From the human T2T-CHM13v2.0 reference genome, Homo sapiens, in the NCBI RefSeq assembly GCF_009914755.1, contig NC_060939.1: DNA of 64,000 nucleotides; one strand, given 5' to 3'. The position numbers were made by a program, and so were the translations under genes. Numbering within the stretch: the stretch's first letter is position 1; each line of letters opens with the position of its first letter. The notes under the pieces were generated by a model that did not search any database, had not been told where the DNA came from, and worked only from the letters and a program-made list of their open reading frames with translations. Positions 1 through 11,249 of the stretch are shown in pieces.

Positions 1-442
1 AGTTGGCTGTGAGGATTTGGCCTCACTTCTGGGTTCTCTATTCTGTTCCATTGGCCTACATGCCTGTTTTTCATACCAATATCATGCTGTTTTGATAATT
101 ATAGACTTGTAGTATAGTTTGAAGTTGGGTAATGTGGTGCTTCCAGATTTGTTCTTTTTTGTTTAGTCTTGTTTTGGCTACGTAGGCTCCTTTTTGGTTC
201 CATATGAACTTTAGGATTGTTCTTTTCTAATTCTGTGAAGAATGATGATGGTATTATGGGAATTGCATTGAATATATAGATTGCTTTTGGCAGTGTGATC
301 ATTTTCATAATATTGGTCCTACCCATCCATGAGCATGGGATATGTTTCAATTTGTTTGTATCATCTGTTTCTTTCAGCAGTGTTTTGTAGTTTTCCTTAT
401 AGAGATCTTTCACCTCTTTTGTTAGGTTTACTCCTATGTATT

Positions 443-485
<43 letters not shown>

Positions 486-3400
486 TAGTTGTTGCAAAAG
501 GGTTTGAGTTCTTGATTTGATTCTCATCTTGGTCACTACTGGTGTATAGCAATGCTCCTAATTTGTGTACATTGATTTTGTATCCTGAAGCTTTACTCAA
601 TTCGTTTATCAGATCTAGGAGCTTTTTGAATGAGTTTTTAGGGTTTTCTAGGTATATGATCATATCATCAGTAAACAATGACAGTTTGACTTCCTCTTTA
701 CTGATTCGGATGCCCTTCATTACTTTCTCTTGTCTGTCTGCTCTGACTAGGACTTCCAGTACTATGTTGAATAGAACTGGTGAAAGTGGGCATCCTTGTC
801 TAGTTCCAGTTCTCAGATGGAATGCTTTCAACTTTTCCATGTTCAGTATAATGTTGGCTGTGGTTTGTCATAGATGGTTTTTATTACCTTAAAATATGTC
901 CCTTCTATGCTGATTTTACTGAGGATTTTAATCAGGAAGGGATGCTGGATTTTATCAAATTCTATTTCTGTGTCTGTTGAGATGATCATATGATTATTGT
1001 TTTTAATTCTGTTTATGTGGTGTATCACATTTACTGACTTGCATATGTTAAACCAACCCTCCATCCTTGGTATGAAACCCTCTTAATTATGGCATGTTAT
1101 CTTTTTGACATGCTTTTGGATTCAGATAGCTAGTATTTTGTTAAGGTTTTTTGCATTTATGTTAATCACGGATATGTTCTGTAGTTTTCTTTTTTTATTC
1201 TGTCCTTCCCTGGTTTGGGTATTACAGTGATACTGCCTTCATAGAATGAGTTAGGGAGGACTTCTTCTTTCTCTATCTTTTGGAATAGTTTGAGTGGGAT
1301 TGGTACCCATTCTTCTTTGAATGTCTTATAGAATTCAGCTGTGAATCCATCTGGCCGTGGACTTTTTTTTGGCAATTTTTTTAAAGACTATTTTAGTCTT
1401 GCTACTTGTTCTTGCTCTGTTCCGAGTTTCTATTTTTTCCTGGTTTAATTTAGGAGGCTTGCATCTTTCCAGGATTTTATCCATATCCTCTACGTTTTCC
1501 AGTTTGTGTGCATATAGGTGTTCAAATTGCCTTGAATGATCTTTTGTATTTCTGTGGTATCAGTAGAAATATCTCCCATTTTGTTTCTAATTGAGCTTAT
1601 TTGGATCTTCTCTCTTCTTTTTCTTGGTTAATCTCACTAATGATCTTTTGATTTTGTTTATCTTTTTAAACAACCAGGTTTCTGTTTCATTTATCTTTTC
1701 TATTTTTTTGTTTCAATTTCATGTAGTTCTGCTCTGCTTTTCGTTTTTTTTTTTTTCCTTTTTTTTTTCTGCTACTGGATTTGGGTTTAGTTCGTTCTTG
1801 TTTCTCCAGTTCCTTGAGGTGTGAGCTTATATTGTCTACTTGTGCTGTTTCAGATATTTAGATGTAGGCATTTAAGCTATTAACGTTCCTTTAAGCACCA
1901 CTTTTGCTGTATCCCACAGATTTTTATTGGTTGTGTCATAATTATCATTCAGTTCAAGGAATTTTTAATTTTCCATCTTGATTTCATTGTTGATCCAAAT
2001 ATCATTCGGGGCAGATTATTTAATTTTTATGTATTTGTATAGTTTAATAGTTCCCTTTGGAGTTAATTTCCAATTTTATTTCACTGTGACCTGAGAAAGT
2101 ACTATATATACTTTTAGTTTTCTTAAATTTATTGAGACTTGTTTTGTGGCCTATCATATGGTCCGTCTTGGGGAATTTCCCATGTGCTGATGAAAAGAAT
2201 GTATATTCTGCAGTTGTTGGTTAGAACGTTCTGCAAATATCTGTTAAATCCATTTGTTCTAGGGTATAATTTAAGTCCATTGTTTCTTTGTTGACTTTTG
2301 GTCTTAATGACCTGCCTAGTGCTATCAGTGGAGTTGACATTGAAATCTCCTACTTTTATTTTGTTGCCATCTATCTCATTTCTTAGATATAGTAATAATT
2401 GTCTTATAAATTTGGGATCTCCAGTGTTAGATGTGTATATATTTAGAATTGTGATATTTCCTATTAGACTAACCCTTTTATCATTATAGAATGTCCCTCT
2501 GTCTTTTTTAAACTATTGTTCCTTTAAGGTCTTTTTTTTTTTTTTTTTTTTTTTAAGGGAATAGCTACTCCTGCTCACTTTTGGATTCCATTTCCATGGA
2601 ATATCTTTTCCATCCCTTTACCTTAAGTTTATGTGTATCCTTCTCTGTTAGGTGAGTCTCTTAAAGACAGCAGATACTTGATTGGTGGGTTTTTATCCAT
2701 TCTGACATTCTGTATCTTTTTAGTGGAGCATTTAGGCCATTTATATTCAATGTTAGTATTGAGATGTGAGGTACTGTTCTATTCTTCATAGCAGTTGTTG
2801 ACTTAGTATCTTTTTTTCATTGTGTTATTGATTTATAGGTCCTGTTGATTTATGCTTTAAAGAGATTCTATTTTGGTGTATTTTGAAGTTTTGTTTCAAG
2901 ACTTAAAATTCTTTTTAACAGTTCCTGTAGTGCTGGCGTGGTAGTGGTGAATTCTCTCAGCATTTGTCTGAAAAAGACTTTATCTCTCCTTCATTTACGA
3001 AGCTTAGTTTCTCTGGATAAAACATTCTTGGCTGATAACTATTTTGTTAAGGAGGCTAAGGATAGGACCTCAGTCCCTTCTGACTTGCAGTTTTTCTGCT
3101 GAGAAATATACCGTTAATCTGAAATCTACTGTTTCCTTTATAGGTTACCTGATGCTTTTGTCTTATAGCCCTTAAGATTCTTTCCTTCATCTTGACTTTA
3201 GGTAACCTAATAACTATGTCCCTAGGTGATGACCTTTTTGTGATGAATTTCCCAGGTGTTCTTTGACCTTCTTGTATTTGGATGTGAAGATCTTTAGCAG
3301 GATCAGGGGAGTAATCATTGATTATTCCCTCAAATAAGTTTTCCAAACTTTTTGATTTTTCTTCCTCCGCAGGAACACCAATTATTCTTACGTTTGGTTG

Positions 3401-4725
3401 TTTAACATAATCCCAAATTTCTTGGAAGTTTTTTTCATTTTTTTCTCTTGTTTCTTTGTCTTTGTCAGATTGAGTTAATTTGAAAGCCTTGTCTTTGAGT
3501 TCTGAAGTTCATTCTTCTACTTGTTCAGTTCTATTGTTGAAACTTTCCAGTGTATTTTGCATTTCCCTAAGTGTGTCTTTTATTTCCAGAAGTTGTGCTC
3601 GTCTTTTCTTTATGATGTCTATTTATCTGGAGACTTTTGCATCCATATTCTTTTTTTTTTATTTCTTTGAGTTACTTTTCACCTTTCTCTGGTGCCCTCT
3701 TGAGTAGCTAAATAATAACAATCAAACTTCTGATTTCTTTATCTGGTAATTCAGAGATTTCTTCTTGGTTTGGATCCACTACTGGAGAGCTAGTGTGATA
3801 TTTTCTGAGTGTTATAGAACCATGTTTATTCATATTACCAGAATTACTTTTCTGGTTCCTTCTACTTTGTGTAGACTGTTTCAGTGGACAGATCTGCGGC
3901 TCAAACTCTGCTGTTCAGATTATTTTTTCCCATTGGGTGATCCCTTGATATGGTGCTCTCCCCCTAGGAATGGGGCTTCCTGAAAGCCAGACTCGAGTGA
4001 TTGTTATTGCCCTTCTAAGTTTGTCCACCCAGTAGGGCTACTGAGCTCTGGGCTTGTGCTGTGGAATGTTTGTAAAGAGTCCTGTGATGTGATCCATCTT
4101 CATGTCTCCCAGCCATGGATACCAGCACCTGCTCCAGTGGAGGTGGCACAGGAGTTAAGTGGACTCTGTGGGAGTCCTTGGTTGTAGTTTTGTTTAGTGT
4201 GCTGGTTTTCTTGAATGCTGGTTATGCTAGCAGTGAAGCTGTCACTTCAACAGACTCAGGACCTCTGATTAGCCAGGTTATTGCTGGCAGTAGAATTAGC
4301 TGTTGTCTTCTCCTTCATTGGAGCAGGGTTGTTCTGTTATGAGTGGCTGTAATGGCTGGAGTTGGTTGGCCTCCAGCCAGGAAGTGGCACTTTCAAGAGA
4401 GCACCAGCTCCAGTAATAGAAGGGGGATATAATCTTACCCTAAGTTGGCCAGGATAAGTACTTGGGTTTCTCAGGCAATGGGCAGGGTCATAGAGCTCCC
4501 AAGAGTTTACGTCCTTTGTCTTCACAGTTTTCCAGTTGTCTTGCAGCATTTGCAGTAGCAAGCTGCTTCTTTCAAAGGGTCTGTGAATTTTTTCGGTTTT
4601 TCTGGTATGTTCTTGCAGTGGTCCTTGAAGCAGAAGTTCACAAAATGAATCTCCACACACTGTTCTGTCCATCCAAGTGGGAGCTGCACGTTAGTCCTGT
4701 CTCCTATTGGCCATTTTCCTCTCAA
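1..4725 (-). mobile_element. Old primate LINE-1 (L1PB-like): 5'UTR, decayed ORF1 and ORF2, continuing off the left edge
   Basis: Minus-strand ORF fragments match L1 ORF2 RT ([23 protein letters not shown]; 99-1375) and ORF1 (3056-3346). The GC-richer 5'UTR ends near 4720. Many stops and frameshifts. Confidence 0.9.
441..486 (+). repeat. (TTTA)n microsatellite inside L1 ORF2
   Basis: About 11 consecutive TTTA units. Confidence 0.9.
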
Positions 4726-5041
4726 GTCTAGAATATAGGAATAACTTCAAATCTGCTGTTGTAATAGTTATAAATTAAAACCTTATTGTTCGTTTATATT
4801 TTTTATTTATTTTATAACAAAAGAGTGGAACATATTTTATGTTTGTTGACTAATTTTATTTCTTGCATTTTTATTCATGACTTTCCCCTTAAATATTGGT
4901 CTTCAATCAGTATGTTTGAATTTCTTATTTTTTTGACTTATTTATAAAATATAATTTTTAATTTTTAAAACAATTGCTGCATATATTTTTCTTAGGATAT
5001 TTTTATTCAAGTTATATTATTTTTGTTGTAAAGATTTATTA

Positions 5042-5266
5042 TAGGTTGAGCATCCCAAATCCAAATATTCAAAATCTGAAATGTTCTCAAATTTGGCATT
5101 TTTTGAGTGCTGACATGACACTCAAGGGAAATGCTCACTGGAATATTTAGAATTTGGATTTTCAGATTAGGGATGCTCAATCAGTCAATATATTGCAAAT
5201 ATTCCAAAATTCAAAATCCAAAACACTACTGGTCCCTAGCATTTTAGATAAGGGATATTTAACCTG
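5042..5266. mobile_element. Tigger4a/MER46A-type DNA transposon MITE
   Basis: Terminal inverted repeats taggttgagcatccc...gggatatttaacctg with TA on both sides; ~225 bp. Confidence 0.8.
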
Positions 5267-6132
5267 TATATCATATAATCTATCTTTGTATTTATGGTTT
5301 CTTTTAGCTTAAATGTCATCTAGCAAAATATTTTGTTAGTCTATAATTTGATTTATATATGTGTGATGTTCTTTAATCTCCATGGTCTTCATTTTAATAT
5401 TAAAAATCCATTAATAATTGTGAAAATACTACATGTATTTATGATTATGGGAATAATTTAGTAGACAGAGAAAAATTGATAATGCAGAAGAGAAAGTACA
5501 CAATTGTGACAATTGAGTCATTGAGTAAATCAGGTAGGATTCACTAAATAAATAGACTGGCTACTCTTAGATAATAGTATGAGTAGGTCAGCCACAGTAG
5601 CAGAAGGAGAGGCAAAGTATGTGTCTACAGAAGAGAGCAGATTGGTAAATGTGGTAGTGATAGATGTGGATACTAACTGATCAGTTGAGAGTGAGGAGAT
5701 TTGAGGGGTTGTTCAATGTTTGAAGAAAAAGAAGAATACTGGTATGAAATAATAACTTCTGAGAGTAGGAAGCAAAGATAGTGAAATGCAGAGATCACTG
5801 TCAGTACTGGTCTTACCTTCAAGTGATGACCACAAACCTTTTGAGTTTTGTGGCCATCACTTGAAGGTATGACTAGTCAGCAGAGTTGTATGTTTTCCAG
5901 TCATGTTAAGTACTGGGATACAAGCACAAAATAGATAAGGATTTGGGTTTACCCAAGTTAGGCCTTTGCCAGGGGTGTGACAAAGAAAAAGAGAGGCCAA
6001 GTAGTTGAGCATGTATATAAAAGAGAGACTACAATCATGAGCCACAAACTCATAATAAAAAGAAAATAGAATTATGAAGGGACTATTTATAGAGAAAATG
6101 TAAATCTCAGTGGATATAAGAGGGAGTGAAAT

Positions 6133-7622
6133 TGAGAGGTGACAATGTGCTGGTGGCCCTCATTCGCTCTCAGTGCCTCCTTCGCCTAAGCGTCCACTGT
6201 GGCCATGCTTGAGGAGCCCTTCAGCCCACAGCTGCACTGTGGGAGCCCCTCTCTGGGCTGGCCAAGGTTGGAGCTGGCTCCCTCTGTTTGCAGGGAGGTG
6301 TGGAGGGAGAGGTGCAGGCCGGAACCGGGGCTACGCACTGCACTCGCGGGCCAGCGCCAGTTCTGGGTGGGCGTGGGCCTGGTGGGCCCACACTTTGAGC
6401 AACTGGCCAGTGCCCCCGGCCCCGGGGAGTGAGGGGCTTAGCACCTGGGCCAGCAGCTGCGGAGGGGGCGCCGGGTCCCCCAGCACTGCCGGCCTGCCCG
6501 CAATGCGCTTGAATTCTCACCAGGCCTCAGCCACCTCCCCAGGGGCAGGGCTTGGGACCTGCAGCCCGCCATGCCTGAGCCCCCCAACCCATGGGCTCCC
6601 GCGCAGCCCGAGGAGCCTCCCTGACGGGCGCCACCCCCTGCTCCACAGCGTCTGGTCCCATCAACCACCCAAGGGCTGAGGAGTGCAGGCATGTGGTGCT
6701 GGACTGGCAGGCAGCTCCACCCATGGGCCTGGCATGGGATCCACAAGACGAAGCCAGCTGGGCTCCTGAGTCAGGTGGGGGCTTGGAGAACTTTCGTGTC
6801 TAGCTAGAGAATTGTAAATGCACCAATCAGCACTCTGTGTCTAGCTTGGGGGTTTGTGGATGCATCAATCAGCACTCTGTGTCTAGCTAAAGTTTGTAAA
6901 TGCACCAATCAGTGCTCTGTGTCTAGCTAATCTAGTGGGGACTTGGAGAACTTTTGTGTCTAGCTAAAGGATTGTAAATGCACCACTCAGCACCCTGTGT
7001 CTAGCTCAAGGTTTGTAAACACACCAGTCAGCACCCTGTCAAAATGGGCCAATCAGCTCTCAGTAAAATGGGCCAATCGGCTCTCAGTAAAATGGGCCAA
7101 TCAGTAGAATGTGGGCGGGGGGGGGGGGGGGGGGGGGCCGGTCAGGTAAGGGAATAAAAGCAGGCTGCCTGAAGCAGCAGTAGCAACCCACTGGGGTCCC
7201 CTTCCACACTGTGGAAGCTTTGTTCTTTCGCTCTTTGCAGTAAATCTTACTGCTGCTCACTCTTTGGGTCTGCACTGCCTTTATGAGCTGTAACACTCAC
7301 CGCGAAGCTCTGCAGCTTCACTCCTGAGGCCAGCAAGACCACGAACCCACTGGGAGGAATGAGCAACTCTGGAGGAGAGGAGCAAGCAATTCCAGACGCG
7401 CCGCCTTAAGAGCTGTAACACTCACTGCAAAGGTCTGCAGCTTCACTCCTGAAGCCAGCCAGACCACGAACCCACCAGAAGGAAGAAACTCCGAACACAT
7501 CCGAACATCAGAAGGAACAAACTCTGGGCACACCATCTTTAAGAACTGTAACACTCACTGGGAGGGTCCGCAGCTTCATTCTTGAAATCAGTTAGACCAA
7601 GAACCCACCAATTCCGGACACA
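6133..7622 (+). mobile_element. Solo LTR12 (ERV9 LTR; LTR12C/D/E type), 1490 bp, same orientation as UNC13C
   Basis: Starts TGAGAGGTGAC, ends AATTCCGGACACA, 4-bp target site duplication (TSD) AAAT at 6129-6132 and 7623-7626. GC-rich U3, CACCAATCAGC tandem repeats, U5 repeats GTAACACTCAC...GCTTCACTCCTGA. Confidence 0.95.
6795..7160 (+). promoter_or_regulatory. LTR12 U3 enhancer/promoter: NF-Y CCAAT repeats, GC box, AATAAAA TATA-like element
   Basis: Five intact CCAAT boxes (near 6823, 6905, 7049, 7073, 7097), a 24-bp unit repeated three times at 7041-7104, GGGCGGGG at 7113, AATAAAA at 7153-7159. This is the established ERV9 LTR promoter layout. Confidence 0.75.
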
Positions 7623-9794
7623 AAATGAAAACCAGATCAAGAAGTAGGATGCTCGTCAAAAGGCAGAATTCTTGAAATTGAGAGTTGAAGGGAATGCCAT
7701 TGTTGGTAATGACATGACAGAGGGTAAGACCATGGGAGGGGATGGCTGAAGTGGAAGAAGGGACAAGCCCAATGGAGAAGAGAAGGTCAGAGACTTATAG
7801 CCAGGGCACTAAAAAGGTCATCTACATAGTTATTAAAATCCCAACAAATGATAACAGGAATGATGGTGACGATAAAGAAGCAGTTAACGAATGTAAATTA
7901 TAAATATCAGTAGTAATTTCTATGAAATTTTTATCATGTAAGATTTCCATTAACAGCAATTAAAAGTGCCTAGTTCTCCATATCTTGCCAACACTAGGTA
8001 TTATCAATATGCTCAATATTTACTAATATCCTAGGTGAAAAACAATATCTTGGAATCTGAATTTTCCTTTTTAATAATTGATACAGTTGAATCCATTTTC
8101 CTATATGATCATTTTTATTACATTTTCCATTCATGAACTTTGTCAGTTTTTCTGCCAGCATATCCATCTTTTATTAGCTATTTAAAATAAATCTTCCTGG
8201 AATAGAGAAAACTTTCTCTGAGCTATCATTTATCTTCCAAGTATTTTTCAATTATTTTTATGTTGATATTTTAGTGAAGCATTACATTTTTTTATTCTTG
8301 AAAATAAACATTATAATTATTTATTAGTTGACTGTACATAAAACATCAGAATGATGAGTTGTATTTAATAGACTTTTTCTTCTAAAGGATGAAAACTCAT
8401 TGTATATGAGTTAAATGTATTTTTGAAAATTCTGTAGTGGTCATAGTACAAGGAAAAGGACTCATCTTAAGTTTAAAAACTTTTAAATCAAATTTTTATT
8501 TGAATAATTTTAGAAGGAAGAACCTTAGATTCCCGATAGCAGTCACATACATAGAAGAGGTGGTATTGCTCCAGATAAATTCAGATTATCCAGTAGAAAA
8601 TGAGTGTAAATTAATGTAATGTTAGGAGAAATGCATGTTTATTGACTATTCTCCTGGCCAGTAAAAGGTATTAAGGACTTACAAATGGAATGCTTTTAAA
8701 TGATAAATAGTATTCAAAGGTATTCATGGATTGCTTTTTTTTTTTTAACCTCTTAGAACTTCTATTACAGGCTTCACTAAAATTGTCATTCATTGTCTAG
8801 CCCCAATGATTATAGAAGTTGATTTGTTATAACAAATACATACAAATAATACATTATACTCTTTCTGTATATTACACAGATAATACATATCTGATGGCAG
8901 CATTCAGTATCATATAATTTCAATATATATTGAAGCTATTGTTATCTGCTTTTGGAATATGCTTGTGAGGTACCACAGCTTGAAAGAAGTAATGAATAAA
9001 ACTAAAAGGAAACAGTCAATAAGACAGTGACCAGAATAGGGTAAATTCTAAGATTTCAAATGAACTGTGCTAGTGTATGATTCCACTTATCTTCAGTTTA
9101 CCCTAATACAGTCAATCGATCATCAAGAATACACCAGAAAATACTTAAATGTTATAGTATTCATAGTTCATTTAGCCAATCCTTTTGGCCTCTGAATGCT
9201 GAATTTAAATTCATGTATTTAAACATTTTATGGCTTCTATGCTTTATAAATACTTTGGTAGATATGATAAAACAAATAAGGATCTGAGTTATAGACTGCT
9301 TATGGGGAAGGGTTAATAAGAAAATGAAAGGAGCCATTAGTATAACTCCCTACTGAGTAAGAGGTCAACATGAAATGGTACTAGTTAGTAATAACTTATT
9401 GAATTATGAGAATTTGAAGCTACATTTAAGTAAAATGATGACTATGGCTGAGGCTAGATAAAATGATAACTCATTCAGGATGGGGAGAAAATAACCAATG
9501 TGAATGCACAGAGGCAGGAATAGTAGTATGATTCCAGAAAGATGGTCAAAGTGTGGCATTTTAATATGACAGATATTCGGCTAACAGGATTGGGGATACA
9601 TAATGAGGATTAGACTTTGGAATTCAGAAACAGAATTACCAGAACAAAGATATCAGGTTAAGACTACATAAGAAGCAATGTAAGGAGCATGATGTTGCAT
9701 ATATTTAAGTTATTTTCCGCTAAAGCCTGAATTATTCCTAGAAAAGTGCTTTCAGATGTCAATGTGCAAAAAGATTATGTGCGTAGACAAGAAT

Positions 9795-10330
9795 CTTGTC
9801 CATCAACAGATGAATAGATAATGAAAATATGGTCTGTATACACAGTGGAATATTATTAAGCCATAAAAAGAATGGAATCCTGTTATATGCAGCAACATGG
9901 ACGGAACTGAAGGTTATTACATTTAATGAAATAAACTAAGCACAGAGAGTCAAATTTTGCATGTTCTCACTCATATGTGGGAGCTAAAAAGAATTGATCT
10001 CATGGAGGTGGAGAGTAGAATGGTGGTTACCAGAGGTTGCAAAGGTGGGGAAAGAGAGGTTGGTTAATGGGTACAAAAATACAATTAGATAGAAGAAATA
10101 ACTTCTAGAGTTTGATAGCTCAGTGGGGTGACTATAGTTAACAAGAATTTATAATGTATTTCAAAATAACTGCAAGAGATTTAGAATTTCAGAACACAAA
10201 AGAACAGTAAATGACTGAGGTGATGTATATTTCAATTACCCTGATTTGATCATTTCACATAGTATGCATGTATGAAAATATCTCATGTACCCCATTAATG
10301 TCTACAGCTATTAGACATCAATTTCCAAAA
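9795..10330 (+). mobile_element. L1MA-type 3' end fragment
   Basis: ORF2 C-terminus and 3'UTR motifs (catgttctcactcatatgtgggagctaaaaa; ttagatagaagaaataa; catgtacccca). Confidence 0.8.
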
Positions 10331-11249
10331 AAGTCAGCTGAACTCTGGATACTGGTATTCTGACGTATGTGACAAAAGGGCATGTTGGAGATGAACTTCA
10401 GGCTGAATTTGCCTGTGGAAGTAAATTGATCTTGAGACACTATCGTGTCAGGATGTTGCATCTTTAAGACAAAAAAATTATATATGTGATTATTCTCTTT
10501 TGGCAAATAAAAACAGACCCCACCCACACACACATATTTGTATTCCTAAGAAGCGTATCAGTGTTCCATGGACATTCAGTGGAGGTGGGGTGGGATTGGA
10601 AGATTGATTTTCCCATTTATTCCAACAATCAGGTATTATTTTAGTAATTTGAAAAATATCAAATAAAATTCAAAAAGAGAAAAATGTAATAAAAGATTAA
10701 TAATGGCTATGCAAATAAGCAGTAAATAAAGGTGACAACAAGAAGCATCTTAAAATATTATGATAAATTGGGAAACTAATATTTGATCCTAAAGAAATTA
10801 GGAGACCTGTGAATTTCCAGAGCTACTGTATTGACCAGCATTATTCTAGAGAAGTAGTTCCAAACCTGACTGTGCATTAAAATAAACTGTGACAGTTGTT
10901 AAAATATTCAGACTTCTGGGACCTACACTGGAGTTTCTAAATGAGAATTTCTGGGCACAAAACCATATTATCTATATTTTAAACAAGGACTGGAAATACA
11001 GCTGTGAACAAGATAGACATGGTTCCTTCGTTCATGGGGCTTACATTTTAACAGGGAAACATAAATTTAAATAACTCAAGAAGAATTTTTCAGTAAATGA
11101 TGGAGTTTTCCAAAATTGTAGTTATTTGATGAAACTAATTATGATAATGATGGCTATTTAAATCCAAATATTTGCCAAAAATTTCTAAATGAAAAGCAAA
11201 AAAGTACACAAACTTGAGTGTAACTAGAGGACAGAGATGACTACAAATT

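Noticed and set aside
5450-6130. Probable ancient L2/L3 fragment flanking the LTR12 (also other MIR/L2/MLT traces)
   Set aside because: Too diverged to delimit or name reliably by eye.
6173-6803. Overlapping 65-168 aa ORFs and a CpG-island-like stretch
   Set aside because: This is the GC-rich U3 of LTR12, not a gene or host CpG island.
6795-7105. Regularly spaced repeats resembling a CRISPR-like array
   Set aside because: Standard LTR12 U3 CCAAT tandem repeats without unique spacers, in eukaryotic DNA.
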